A DNA stretch of 64,000 bases from Acidimicrobiia bacterium (GTDB lineage: Bacteria > Actinomycetota > Acidimicrobiia > Spongiisociales > JAENVV01). Each line of letters starts with the position of its first letter. Position 1 is the first letter of the stretch. Under the pieces are notes generated by a model. It made no database searches. It saw nothing but the letters and a program-made list of their open reading frames with translations, and was not told where the DNA came from. Positions 31,399-41,510 of the stretch are shown in pieces. Position numbers and translations under genes: made by a program. The stretch covers positions 1-64,000 of the forward strand of contig JBFGJH010000005.1 in NCBI GenBank assembly GCA_041577335.1. The letters run 5' to 3'.

Positions 31399-31480
31399 GG
31401 CCGGACCTCCGATCGGCCGATCCGCCGAGGGTGAGCGCTTGCCCGCAGTCGCACCCACCCTCACGGTCGAACTTGTCTTG

Positions 31481-32767
31481 CTAACGGATCGTGAACTCGC
31501 TCGTCTGCGGATTGAGATGATCGAGCTTGAGGGCGCCGGCCGTCGCTTTCCCGCTGAAGCGGAAGACGTTCAGCCCCTCGGTGATGTTGGTCTCGTAGAT
31601 GAAGTTGTTGTACCAGTAGCTCGACCATGCTCCACCGAGATCGATGGGATCGATGGCCGGCGGATCGGAATACGCCAGCTCCACCGGATTGGCCGGATCG
31701 GTGAAGTCGACGACGCTCGTGCCGGATTGGTAGTTCCCGCTCACGAGGATGTAACTGCCGTTCGGCATAGGAACGATGTTGTAGTTGTGAATCGTGCAGT
31801 TCTCTGTAGCCGACTGGTTCCTGGGGAGCGTCCACATCCCGAGCAAGTCGCCCGTATCGGCATCAAAGAACAACGCCGACTTGTCGATGTCGTCCGTTGT
31901 CTCCAGGCAGAACGGCGCCACGCCCCCGCCCGGCTCGTGACCGAACACGATGACCTCGCCGTCCCAGGTGAAGATGGCCGAGTGCCCAATGCCGACTCCG
32001 TCGATCGATCGCGAATAGATGAGCTGCGGGTCGTCCAGTGACCCGGCGAGGCTGAAGACGCTGAATCCGTCATCTCCGGCGCAGGCAGCCTTCATCACAT
32101 CGCCGAGGATGACGCCCGTGTCATGGCAGTCTCGGCCGCCGGCGTCGACGAATCGCAAGTAGGAAGCGGCGGCCGGATTGCTGAGCGGGACTTCAAGGAT
32201 GTCGAGGCCGGGGCAGGCGCCGCTTGCCGAGCTGTTGTAAACGAGCAGCCGGTTGTTGGCGAGATCTGGCACGCCCGTTGCCGTGTGCGATCCACATTCC
32301 GTTTCGACGGCCGCAACGAGCTCGGGGTCCTCCAAATCGCTGATGTCGAAAATGTGGACACCTTCGAATCCAGCCGGGACCGTCGTACCGTCGCAGTCCT
32401 GCGTTCCGGATGCCGGCGAGTTCCAAGATCGCACCAGGACGTTTTCCCATACGATGACGTCACCCTGGTTGCCGTTGCAGCCTGTGAAGGAGACGTGCTT
32501 GGGATTGCCCGGAGCTGAGATGTCGCGGATGTTGAACCCCTGCCAGTTGCCTTGGAAGGCATACTTTCCCCAGAAGGCGATGTCGGTATGAACGCTAGGA
32601 GGGCCGTAGAAGAGACTGGCCGGCTCTTCTATGTGACCCATGGGGTGGAGGTTCTTCGTTCTTGGATCGTCGTCGTGGTCGGCACCGGCGGTGCCAACCG
32701 GGGCGAGTGCCAGCACGATTGTCGTTAGGACCGTGATGAGTGATAGGCGACGCTTCGTGAGGGACAT
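31481..32767 (-). CDS. Secreted LVIVD-repeat beta-propeller protein
   Basis: Signal peptide; TDIAFWGKYA, I.DIS..P repeats, CGSHT, CHD, CTIHN, YQSGTSVVDFTDP.NP, G.WSSYWYN. Confidence 0.85.
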   Translation of the reverse strand: MSLTKRRLSLITVLTTIVLALAPVGTAGADHDDDPRTKNLHPMGHIEEPASLFYGPPSVHTDIAFWGKYAFQGNWQGFNIRDISAPGNPKHVSFTGCNGNQGDVIVWENVLVRSWNSPASGTQDCDGTTVPAGFEGVHIFDISDLEDPELVAAVETECGSHTATGVPDLANNRLLVYNSSASGACPGLDILEVPLSNPAAASYLRFVDAGGRDCHDTGVILGDVMKAACAGDDGFSVFSLAGSLDDPQLIYSRSIDGVGIGHSAIFTWDGEVIVFGHEPGGGVAPFCLETTDDIDKSALFFDADTGDLLGMWTLPRNQSATENCTIHNYNIVPMPNGSYILVSGNYQSGTSVVDFTDPANPVELAYSDPPAIDPIDLGGAWSSYWYNNFIYETNITEGLNVFRFSGKATAGALKLDHLNPQTSEFTIR

Positions 32768-32926
32768 GGAGCTACCTCTTTTCTCCGTTGCTCTGGTCCC
32801 GAACCTACTCCACTCGCCGGCTGCGGGCTTGAACGAGTTCGGTACACCGCCCTCGAAACGACTTGGATCCCACCGCACGACGCCGCCGCCCCAGAAAGGG
32901 AGCGGAAGATGATTCAACGAACAGCG

Positions 32927-33403
32927 TCAATCCGGGTCGACAAGTGCGATCTTGACGACCACCAATTCGGGCATGGCTGCCCGTGCATCACGCTCGTTGA
33001 CGCGGCCGTCGGCTTCGAAGGTGATCCCATATGCCCTGGCGTCGCGTCGCCGGTGCTCGAGGAACTCAATGAATACGGGCAGCTGGCGCATGTCGCCCGC
33101 GAAGACCTGCGCCTCGCCCGTAACGCGCTTGCCGGCCAGCCGCAGGTCGACCTCTGGGTTGGCAATCATATTGCGCCACCATTTCCGGAACCGCTTGGTC
33201 ACGAAGAGCACCGTGTTGCCATCTCGGTAGTAGGTGACCGGTGTCGTGTAGCGACGCCCCGTGGTGCGGCCCGTGACCGTTATCAGGGCCAGCGTTGAGC
33301 CGAGCATCCGCTGGATACCTGGCGTCCGCAATAGCAACGTGATGGTCCGATTGAACCATGGCGGTATCGTCACGTTTGGTACGACTGCTGTGCTGTTACT
33401 CAT
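32927..33403 (-). CDS. Deazaflavin (F420)-dependent nitroreductase family protein (DUF385-like)
   Basis: LITVTGRTTGRRYTTPV, WWRNM.ANP.V. Confidence 0.85.
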   Translation of the reverse strand: MSNSTAVVPNVTIPPWFNRTITLLLRTPGIQRMLGSTLALITVTGRTTGRRYTTPVTYYRDGNTVLFVTKRFRKWWRNMIANPEVDLRLAGKRVTGEAQVFAGDMRQLPVFIEFLEHRRRDARAYGITFEADGRVNERDARAAMPELVVVKIALVDPD

Positions 33404-33423
33404 GCCTTTCCCCTCACTGCGAC

Positions 33424-34638
33424 TCACTCCACCGTGACGGCGACGATGACTGTCTCCAGCGGTGGGGCGTCTTCGAATAGCCGCTCATAGTGGAATTCCA
33501 GTGCGACCGTCCCCGGTTGGATTGCCTCGAACTCGTAGCAAAACTCGCCCGGCGAGCCGGCCAGCTCGGAGGTCGGCTCGTAGCTCGGCTCGTGTAGGAG
33601 CTCGAGCACCGGCATGTACATCGAGTGGACCATCCACGTGTAGCCGGTCGTAACGTTGCCCGGCAGGAAGACTTTCAGCGTCTGGCCGGCCTGCATGGTC
33701 ACCGTCTGGCCGTCGGCGTCGCTGAGCACAATATCGGGTGCTCGGTAATACAGCGGGACCTCAACGCCCGGTCCGCTCCCGAACTGTCCCTGCCACATCA
33801 TGAGGCTGAGGTCGTAGAAACCGGACGGATGTCGGCGGACGTCGGCGGGGTCGAGAACGACCTTATACTCGAATTCCGTCCACTCTTGCTCGCCCGAGAT
33901 CTCGTCCCACACCTTGTCGTAGATGATCACTCCGTCCCAGTCGACGACATCGAGCGTCACCTCGTCGGCCGAAGGCGCCAGCATCCCGGTGACCGTGAAC
34001 CCCGCTGATACCGTTTCTCCCGCTGCCGGTGATTCGATCATCACCTCAGGGCAGAGATCCCAGAACGCGTCTCTGGTCAAGGGGTCGCTGATGTCGAGAC
34101 CTTCGTTGGAGAAAACGTCGACCGGCTCGCCATCGATTGCCAGCCGCACTGCGTGCACTTCGTCGAACTGGGTCGCGGTGAAGACCAGCTGAGCGAGCCT
34201 CGCTCGCATCGTGAACGTACCGGCACCGTCGTCGAACTCTCGAGAGACGTCGACAGTGGCCACCCCGTCGTCGACGGTGACGCCGAGAAGCTCAGTGTCA
34301 CGAGGGATCTCCGTGCCGAAGCCGATGCCGGCTTCGGTGAAGGACTCCCCTTTCAGCACCATGTCGAGGCCCTCGCTGACGTCGTAGGGCTGCCCGGGAG
34401 CGAGCCGGCGATGTACGGGAGCGAGGAACGGCCCGGCACTCTGAAGACGCATCAAATAGCTGACCGTGGCCTCTTGCGGCGGGGGCTCCGGCTCCGCCGG
34501 CTCCGTTGTCGGCGTCTCGGTGGTCTCGGCTGTGACGGGAGGCATGGTGGCGACCGTGTCGATTGGCTCGCCGGCATCACTGCCGCATGCCGCGAAGATC
34601 AACGCCAACACGACCATCATTGGTCCGATCCGTGCCAT
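33424..34638 (-). CDS. Lipoprotein with GerMN + Ig-like + C-terminal chagasin (I42 inhibitor)-like domain
   Basis: Lipobox FAAC; GerMN motif; C-terminal L.GNVTTGYTW...GSPG...F.A...G...L.F.Y.R.FE. Confidence 0.8.
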   Translation of the reverse strand: MARIGPMMVVLALIFAACGSDAGEPIDTVATMPPVTAETTETPTTEPAEPEPPPQEATVSYLMRLQSAGPFLAPVHRRLAPGQPYDVSEGLDMVLKGESFTEAGIGFGTEIPRDTELLGVTVDDGVATVDVSREFDDGAGTFTMRARLAQLVFTATQFDEVHAVRLAIDGEPVDVFSNEGLDISDPLTRDAFWDLCPEVMIESPAAGETVSAGFTVTGMLAPSADEVTLDVVDWDGVIIYDKVWDEISGEQEWTEFEYKVVLDPADVRRHPSGFYDLSLMMWQGQFGSGPGVEVPLYYRAPDIVLSDADGQTVTMQAGQTLKVFLPGNVTTGYTWMVHSMYMPVLELLHEPSYEPTSELAGSPGEFCYEFEAIQPGTVALEFHYERLFEDAPPLETVIVAVTVE

Positions 34639-34733
34639 CGCCCACCTCCTCTGCAACGAGGCTCAGTGGTGACAGCCTCGCGCCGGAGCTCCGAACGCGG
34701 TAGAGGCGGAGGCCCTATCCCCCCAGGCCGCCG

Positions 34734-37028
34734 TCAGGCCTGCGAGTGAATGGCCGCCCATACGCGAGATGGCGTCAGCGGCATGTCGATGTGATCGATG
34801 CCGAGATGGCGAACCGCGTCCACGACCGCATTCTGGACGGCCGGCGTAGATCCGATGGTGCCCGACTCGCCGATGCCTTTCACGCCCAGTGGATTGAGCG
34901 GCGTCAACGTCTGCGTGTGATCGATCTCGATGCTGGGCACGGTCATGGCACTCGGAATGAGATACGAGGTCAGGTTGCCGGACATGAGATAGCCATCGTC
35001 GTCGTAGATGACCGCCTCCGACATTGCCTGGCCGATGCCGATGGCGACTCCCCCGTGAACCTGACCGTCAACGACCATCCGATTGAGGATGTATCCGCAG
35101 TCGTCCACGGCGATGTGGCGGAGAAGCTCGACGTTGCCGGTGTCGGTATCGACTTCGACCACCGAGATGTGAGTGCCGAACGGGTAGCTCTCCGATGCCT
35201 GCTTGAACTTGCCAAGCGCCTGGAGTCCCGGCTCTTCTCCTTCCCGCGGCTCTTCCGCTGCAGCAAGTGCCGCGACTTCCGCCCACGTCAACGCCGAGTC
35301 GGGCACTCCCGCCACCCCGAGACGTCCGCCATCGAACAAGACGATGTCGTCCGTGCTCGCTTCCAGTTGGTTGGCGACGAGCCGGCGCGCCTTGTCGAGC
35401 ACCGCCTCCCCCGCCACGAGTACCGACGAACCACCGATTTGTGTTGAGCGAGAGGCCATGGTGCCCCCGCCTCGTTTCACATATCTGGAGTCGCCCTGAA
35501 CGAAGTGGATGTTCTCGGTGGCGATCTTCAACTGCTCCGACAGGATCTGGCGGAACGTGGTCTCGTGGCTTTGCCCATGCGACAGCGTCGGTACGACCAT
35601 CGTTGCGGAACCATCTTCGTTGATCGTCACCCGGCTGGAGTCGATCGTTCCCAATGCGGTGATTTCGACGTAGGTCGAGACGCCGATGCCGAGCTGAATC
35701 GATGAGTTGTCGGCGCGGCGTTGCGCTTGCTCGGCTCGGAGGTCGTCATATTCGGCGATGGCCAAAGCCCGATCGAGGGCAGCCTGGTAGTTGCCCGAGT
35801 CATAGGTCACGCCGGTCGAGGTTCGGTGCGGAAACTGGTCGGCGCCGACCATGTTCTTCTGACGCAATGCCACCGGGTCCATGCTGAGCTCGGCGGCGAG
35901 CATGTCGATGAGGCGCTCCACCATCGCCGACGCCTCCGGCCGGCCGGCACCGCGGTATGCATGGTTGGGCACTGTGTTGGTGACCACACTCTTGGCCGTC
36001 AGAGAGATCTGTGGGACGTTGTACACGCCCGACGCCATATCCTGGGTCAGGTAGGGCTCGGCCGCACCCCACATCCCATACGCGCCGCCGTTCTTGAGGA
36101 TCTCACCCTTGATCCACAAGATGGAGCCGTCTGCGGTCGCACCAATGGAGACATTCTGGATCTGGTCTCGGCCGTGACACATGTTCGTCAGGTTCTCGAT
36201 CCGGCTTTCGATCCATTGGACTGGATGATCGAGCCTCTCGGCGATTGGCACCAAGACGATTTGTTCGGGATATGTGTAGATCTTGGCGCCGAAGCCGCCC
36301 CCCATGTCGGGCACACGGACGCGCACGTCCTCGTAGCCGCGGCCCAACACTTTGGCGACCGTCATTCCGGCGTCGTAGACGTTCTGGCTTCCGAGCCAAA
36401 GCTCGATGCCGTCATCAGAAGGCACCGCCATTGCGCTGTTCGGTTCCATGGGCACCGCCGCCAGGCGCTGGTTGATGAGCCGAGCGCTCACCACGACATC
36501 AGCGGGCGCCAGGTCAGCCGCGGAGGTGACGGGACCCTTCTCCCACACGACGTTGGAGGCCAACTCCTCGAACAGACGCGGCGCATCGGGAGCCAGGGCG
36601 TCGTCGATCGTCGCCACGCTGTCAATGAGCTCGATGTCCGGCCAGACCGCGTCGGCAGCGTCGGCGGCCTGCGCGGCGGTCTTGGCGACGACAACAGCCA
36701 ACGGCTCACCCACGAACCTCACCTTCCCCGATGCCAGCAGGGGACGGGCATTGGCTTCGTCGAGCCCGTTGCCGGCGGCGATCTTGTTGTATGAGAAGTC
36801 GTTGGCCGTGAAGACCGACACCACACCGGGCATCGCCGCAGCCTCGTCGGTGTCGATGGCGACGATCACTCCATGGGGCACCGGTGAACGAACGAAATGG
36901 GCAACGTAGCCGCCCGTCTCGATGTCGTCGAGGTATCCGCCCTCGCCTGTGATGAACCGGGGGTCCTCCACCCGCTTGACCGCTCCACCGAGGATGGAGC
37001 CTTGCCGCGTAATGCGCATATCCGTCAT
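34734..37028 (-). CDS. Xanthine dehydrogenase-family molybdopterin-binding large subunit (form II CoxL-like)
   Basis: [41 protein letters not shown]...GIGQA, KGIGESG. Confidence 0.93.
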   Translation of the reverse strand: MTDMRITRQGSILGGAVKRVEDPRFITGEGGYLDDIETGGYVAHFVRSPVPHGVIVAIDTDEAAAMPGVVSVFTANDFSYNKIAAGNGLDEANARPLLASGKVRFVGEPLAVVVAKTAAQAADAADAVWPDIELIDSVATIDDALAPDAPRLFEELASNVVWEKGPVTSAADLAPADVVVSARLINQRLAAVPMEPNSAMAVPSDDGIELWLGSQNVYDAGMTVAKVLGRGYEDVRVRVPDMGGGFGAKIYTYPEQIVLVPIAERLDHPVQWIESRIENLTNMCHGRDQIQNVSIGATADGSILWIKGEILKNGGAYGMWGAAEPYLTQDMASGVYNVPQISLTAKSVVTNTVPNHAYRGAGRPEASAMVERLIDMLAAELSMDPVALRQKNMVGADQFPHRTSTGVTYDSGNYQAALDRALAIAEYDDLRAEQAQRRADNSSIQLGIGVSTYVEITALGTIDSSRVTINEDGSATMVVPTLSHGQSHETTFRQILSEQLKIATENIHFVQGDSRYVKRGGGTMASRSTQIGGSSVLVAGEAVLDKARRLVANQLEASTDDIVLFDGGRLGVAGVPDSALTWAEVAALAAAEEPREGEEPGLQALGKFKQASESYPFGTHISVVEVDTDTGNVELLRHIAVDDCGYILNRMVVDGQVHGGVAIGIGQAMSEAVIYDDDGYLMSGNLTSYLIPSAMTVPSIEIDHTQTLTPLNPLGVKGIGESGTIGSTPAVQNAVVDAVRHLGIDHIDMPLTPSRVWAAIHSQA

Positions 37029-37037
37029 GTCGGCAGG

Positions 37038-37577
37038 TTACCCGTCGAGCGATTCGTCACCGCTGCCCGGCGCGTCCACCGGCGCCGGAGCCGATCGAGA
37101 ACGGGGCCCGGCCGCCCACAACGCAACGAGCGCAAGGGCCACCGACAGGAGGGCCACCGCGATCCAGATGGATTCAGACTTGTTGAACCCAAGGACAACA
37201 GCCTCGTCTACCGGCTCACCGACCAACAGGTTTGGACCCTCGTCGATTCCCAGCAGGCTCGGTGCTACCCCGAGATCGAGAAAGGTCACGGGCCGAGACG
37301 TCATCGAGTCATCGCCGACGAGCGCTTCGAACACGACGACCCGATTCGACTTCGCGGTGGTCACCATGCCACCGAAGCTTCCGTCGGCCCGCCGAGCCAG
37401 GCTCACCGTTTCTTGTTGTCCGCCAGGATCGATCACGTGGGCCACAACCGTGTCGGCAGGCGCCTCAACCTGCAGCTGGACGTCGATGGTGCCGTCATTG
37501 TTGACCGTGGCCGAAGCCGCGGCATCGCCAAATCCGCCCCCCAACGCCACGGTCATGAGGAATATGGCGGCGAGCAT
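37038..37577 (-). CDS. Hypothetical exported protein with a C-terminal membrane anchor
   Basis: N-terminal hydrophobic segment and C-terminal TM helix; ends 9 nt before the molybdoprotein start. Confidence 0.65.
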   Translation of the reverse strand: MLAAIFLMTVALGGGFGDAAASATVNNDGTIDVQLQVEAPADTVVAHVIDPGGQQETVSLARRADGSFGGMVTTAKSNRVVVFEALVGDDSMTSRPVTFLDLGVAPSLLGIDEGPNLLVGEPVDEAVVLGFNKSESIWIAVALLSVALALVALWAAGPRSRSAPAPVDAPGSGDESLDG

Positions 37578-37717
37578 GTTCACAGGTAGACCATACCGGC
37601 GCTGTGGATTTGGATGGCCCATGCCCCCGCCGATGAGCCGTTCCAGATTTTTTGGGAATGATCACCGGTGATAATGCGCTGCACAACCGGACACCACGGC
37701 TGACAGGATCAACAACC

Positions 37718-38410
37718 ATGGCTCTCTCTCAATTCGAGATCGAACAGCTCATCGAGCGCGACAAGACGCATTCATGCGACGCCGCACCCGGAGCGTGTGT
37801 GCACCTGGCGGGAATTGCCTCGTTGCCGTCGCGCTTCGGCGACTTCCAAGCTGCCGCGTTCTACAACAACATCGACGACAAAGAGCACGCCGCTTTCATC
37901 AACGGGGACATTTGTGGCTCCGAAGCTGTTCCTGTGCGCATCCATTCCGAATGCCTCACCGGCGACGCCATCGGATCGCTCCGTTGCGACTGTCGCGACC
38001 AGCTGGAGTCGGCTCTCAAGCACATCGCCGGACTGTCGTGCGGCATCCTGCTGTACCTCCGCCAGGAAGGGAGAGGCATCGGCCTCACCAACAAGATCAG
38101 GGCGTACGGCCTCCAGGACTTGGGCTTCGACACAGTCGAGGCCAACCATGCGCTTGGGTTCCCCGACGACTCGCGGGACTACACGGTGGCAGCCCATATG
38201 CTGAGAGCGCTCGACGTGAAGTCGGTGCGGCTCATGACCAACAACCCCAAGAAGATCGCCGGGCTCGAGGCGAACGGAATCATCGTCACAGAGCGGATTC
38301 CCCATGTCATGGTCGCCAACGAATTCAACCGCGACTATCTCCAAACCAAAGCGGCCAAGTCCGGTCACCTGCTCGAGCGCGACGAGCAGTCCGAGGCGAT
38401 CGTCGCCTGA
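37718..38410 (+). CDS. ribA: GTP cyclohydrolase II
   Basis: VRIHSECLTGD..GS.RCDC..QL, YLRQEGRGIGL.NK, MTNNPKK, YL.TK..K.GH.L. Confidence 0.95.
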   Translation: MALSQFEIEQLIERDKTHSCDAAPGACVHLAGIASLPSRFGDFQAAAFYNNIDDKEHAAFINGDICGSEAVPVRIHSECLTGDAIGSLRCDCRDQLESALKHIAGLSCGILLYLRQEGRGIGLTNKIRAYGLQDLGFDTVEANHALGFPDDSRDYTVAAHMLRALDVKSVRLMTNNPKKIAGLEANGIIVTERIPHVMVANEFNRDYLQTKAAKSGHLLERDEQSEAIVA

Positions 38411-38422
38411 CGTCGAGGTCGG

Positions 38423-38836
38423 CTATCGCTGGAGGTTCTCGGTGGTGAACGCGCCAAAGTACTCCTGGTCGAACCAGGCGGTCTCGACGAGGGCGGCGTA
38501 CTCGAAATAGCAGGCGTCCATCATTGGGACGAGCACGGATTCGTTGCTTCCAGGGATTGGATGAGCACCACCCCCGAACTCGATGCCGTCTTCCCGCCAG
38601 TTGAATTGCTCGTCGACCACGACGCCTTCGATGTCAGCCATGCAGTCGAGCGACGCGGTCACCGCCTCCTCAACCTCAATGGGGGTAACGACGTTGTCTG
38701 CCAGCGCCGACTGTTGTGGAGCCGGAACCACGCCTCCGTATTGGGTCTCGAGGAGAAAGCCGAAGGATTCAACATGCTCTGGCGGTACGCACGCGCTCAA
38801 GAGCACCATGGAGAGGACCAAGAACAGTGTTTTCAT
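38423..38836 (-). CDS. Hypothetical lipoprotein
   Basis: MKTLFLVLSMVLLSAC lipobox; TACTGT 6 nt upstream. Confidence 0.7.
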   Translation of the reverse strand: MKTLFLVLSMVLLSACVPPEHVESFGFLLETQYGGVVPAPQQSALADNVVTPIEVEEAVTASLDCMADIEGVVVDEQFNWREDGIEFGGGAHPIPGSNESVLVPMMDACYFEYAALVETAWFDQEYFGAFTTENLQR

Positions 38837-38969
38837 GGAGCGACAGTACGGCCGCCGCAACCCGAGCGAGTAGAGCCGAAAGAGAGCATCAGTCGGGCTA
38901 TTCGGCGGCCTTTCCCAACCGGATGGGCGGCCGGTTGGGCAGCGTCATCGGCAGGGCTACGCTATCGCC

Positions 38970-40376
38970 ATGCCGGAGCCACGGACACTCTTTGAAAAGG
39001 TGTGGACCGACCATGTTGTGCGCCACCCTCCCGGTGAGCCGGCGTTGCTGTACATCGACCTCCATCTGGTTCACGAGGTGACCTCGCCGCAGGCCTTCGA
39101 CTCGCTGCGGCTCGCCGGGCGAACGGTTCGCCGCCCTGACTTGACAGTCTCCACCATCGATCACGGGGTGCCCACGACTGACCGGGCATTGGGTATTCGC
39201 GACCCACTGTCGAAAAAGCAGATCGACACCCTCGTGTCCAACTGCGAAGAAAACGGCATCACCCTGTTTGGCATCGATGACCCTCGCCAAGGCATCGTCC
39301 ACGTCATCGGCCCCGAACAGGGCATCACGCAACCCGGAATGACGATCGTGTGCGGCGATTCCCACACGGCTACCCACGGCGCCTTCGGAGCACTGGCGTT
39401 CGGGATCGGCACCTCCGAGGTCGAGCATGTTCTCGCCACCCAGACGCTTCCCCAGCAGAAACCCAAATCGATGGCCATCACCGTCGATGGTCGGCTGGCG
39501 CCGGGCGTCACGGCCAAGGACATCATTCTCGGCATCATCGCCCGCATCGGAACCGCCGGCGCCACCGGACATGTGATCGAGTACCGAGGATCTGCCATCG
39601 AGTCGCTGTCGATGGAGGGCAGGATGACGATCTGCAACATGTCGATCGAGGGTGGGGCCCGGGCCGGCCTCATTGCGCCCGACGAAACGACCTTTGTCTA
39701 CCTCAAGGGCCGGCCGGGAGCGCCGAAAGGCAGCGCCTGGGATGCAGGAATTGCGTATTGGCGGTCGCTGCCAACCGACGACGGCGCCCCGTTCGATGCC
39801 GAGTTGTTCATCGACGCCGCTCAACTGGAACCGTACGTCTCGTGGGGGACCAATCCGGGCCAAACCGTTCCGGTCTCATCTGTGGTGCCTTCCCCCGACG
39901 ATGCCCAAGACCCGATAGAACGCGATTCCATCGTCCGCGCTCTCGAATACATGGATCTCGAGGCGGGCACGCCGATCACCGACATCGCAATCGACCGTGT
40001 CTTCTTTGGTTCTTGCACGAACGCACGGATCGAAGACCTGCGCGAAGCAGCCAACATCGTCGACGGGAAACGGGTCGCCTCCACGGTTTCGGCCATGGTG
40101 GTGCCGGGATCCGGACTGGTGAAACTGCAGGCCGAGGAAGAGGGCCTGGACCTCATCTTCAAGGCCGCCGGATTCGAGTGGCGCGACGCCGGATGCTCCA
40201 TGTGCCTTGCCATGAATCCCGACGTGCTCGCACCCGGAGAGAGGTGCGCCTCCACCTCCAATCGGAACTTCGAGGGCCGCCAAGGCACCGGCGGGAGAAC
40301 CCACCTGGTCAGCCCGGTGATGGCGGCTGCCGCGGCAATCGCCGGACATTTCGTCGACGTCCGAGACCTGGCATGA
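38970..40376 (+). CDS. leuC: 3-isopropylmalate dehydratase large subunit
   Basis: [48 protein letters not shown]. Confidence 0.98.
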   Translation: MPEPRTLFEKVWTDHVVRHPPGEPALLYIDLHLVHEVTSPQAFDSLRLAGRTVRRPDLTVSTIDHGVPTTDRALGIRDPLSKKQIDTLVSNCEENGITLFGIDDPRQGIVHVIGPEQGITQPGMTIVCGDSHTATHGAFGALAFGIGTSEVEHVLATQTLPQQKPKSMAITVDGRLAPGVTAKDIILGIIARIGTAGATGHVIEYRGSAIESLSMEGRMTICNMSIEGGARAGLIAPDETTFVYLKGRPGAPKGSAWDAGIAYWRSLPTDDGAPFDAELFIDAAQLEPYVSWGTNPGQTVPVSSVVPSPDDAQDPIERDSIVRALEYMDLEAGTPITDIAIDRVFFGSCTNARIEDLREAANIVDGKRVASTVSAMVVPGSGLVKLQAEEEGLDLIFKAAGFEWRDAGCSMCLAMNPDVLAPGERCASTSNRNFEGRQGTGGRTHLVSPVMAAAAAIAGHFVDVRDLA

Positions 40377-40864
40377 GTGAGCCTATGCGAGATCGCCCAG
40401 GCATTCCGGCGACGTACGGCATCAAACAGGGCCCCGATGGCATGCTCGAATGGGGACGGGTGACCGCAGCTGTCGACAGCAGCGACATCTACTGGGTTGC
40501 CACCAAGAGCCGCAGCGGCGCTCCCCATCTCGTTCCCATACACTCGGCGTCCATCGGCGGCATCGTTCACCTGTCCGGCGATCCGTCGACGAAGTGGTAC
40601 CGCAATCTGGCCGACGATCCAACCGTACAGGTGGGAGTGGATCATGGTGGATTGCAGGTGATGGTGCGCGGCGCAGCGCGGCTCGACACCCCATCACCGC
40701 AACGGTGGTCCGAGATAAACGCCAACCTCGCCACCAAGTACGAGTGGCAGTTCGACGGGGAGCCAATTGCGGTCTGGGTCGTGAGCCCTCGTACCGTCAT
40801 TGCCTTCAATCCTGCCGAGTTTGCCGACTCACCAACTCGCTTTTCCTTCGAGGACTCACCATGA
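40373..40864 (+). CDS. Pyridoxamine 5'-phosphate oxidase-like (split-barrel flavin/F420-binding) protein
   Basis: From ATG 40373: YWVAT....G.PH.VP, WYRNLA.DP.V, KY, SPTRF.F; ATGA overlaps with leuC and leuD. Confidence 0.82.
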   Translation: MSEPMRDRPGIPATYGIKQGPDGMLEWGRVTAAVDSSDIYWVATKSRSGAPHLVPIHSASIGGIVHLSGDPSTKWYRNLADDPTVQVGVDHGGLQVMVRGAARLDTPSPQRWSEINANLATKYEWQFDGEPIAVWVVSPRTVIAFNPAEFADSPTRFSFEDSP

Positions 40865-41451
40865 AACCGATCTCGGTGATCACCGGCTCGATGGCTCCAT
40901 TACCCCGCGCCAATATCGACACCGACCAGATCATGCCTAAAGAGTTCCTCAAACGAGTCCAGCGAACCGGGTACGGGCAATACGTGTTCGACCAATGGCG
41001 TAAGGACCCCGAGTTTGTGCTCAACCGGCCCGAGTATCAGGATGCCAAAGTGCTCGTAACCGGGCCCAACTTCGGATCAGGCTCCTCTCGGGAGCATGCC
41101 CCGTGGGGCATCCAGGATTGGGGATTCGACGCCGTCATCGCCCCGTCATTTGCAGATATCTTCTTCACCAACTGCACCAAAATCGGACTGCTACCAGTGG
41201 TGCTGTCCGAGAAAGAGGTCGACTATCTCATCGAGCTGGCTCAGCTTGAACCAGCTGCCCAACTCACCGTCGATCTTTCCGAGCAGGCGGTGACCGCCGA
41301 CGGATTTGAGGCGTTCTTCGAGATCGATCCCTACACCAAGCACCGACTCCTCCATGGCCTCGACGACATCGGCCTGACGATGAGCCACGAGGCCGAGATC
41401 TCTGCTTTTGAGCAAACGAGGCCGGGCCACAAGCCGAGTCTCTCTCGGTAG
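40861..41451 (+). CDS. leuD: 3-isopropylmalate dehydratase small subunit
   Basis: NIDTDQIMP..FL, NFGSGSSREHAPW, SFADIF..N, GLDDIGLT. Confidence 0.97.
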   Translation: MKPISVITGSMAPLPRANIDTDQIMPKEFLKRVQRTGYGQYVFDQWRKDPEFVLNRPEYQDAKVLVTGPNFGSGSSREHAPWGIQDWGFDAVIAPSFADIFFTNCTKIGLLPVVLSEKEVDYLIELAQLEPAAQLTVDLSEQAVTADGFEAFFEIDPYTKHRLLHGLDDIGLTMSHEAEISAFEQTRPGHKPSLSR

Positions 41452-41478
41452 TCAGGCAGAATGCGAGGAGCCGGCTGA

Positions 41479-41494
41479 TCGAACGTGTGTTCGA
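41479..41494. promoter_or_regulatory. LexA SOS box
   Basis: TCGAAC-GTGT-GTTCGA, immediately upstream of a TACACT -10 and the radical SAM start. Confidence 0.88.
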
Positions 41495-41510
41495 CTACAC
41501 TGCAGCTGCG

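Noticed and set aside
34734..37028. Bona fide aerobic CO dehydrogenase
   Set aside because: Lacks the form I AYxCSFR motif and has no cox accessory genes.
37578..37717. FMN riboswitch upstream of ribA
   Set aside because: None of the conserved RFN sequence blocks are recognisable.
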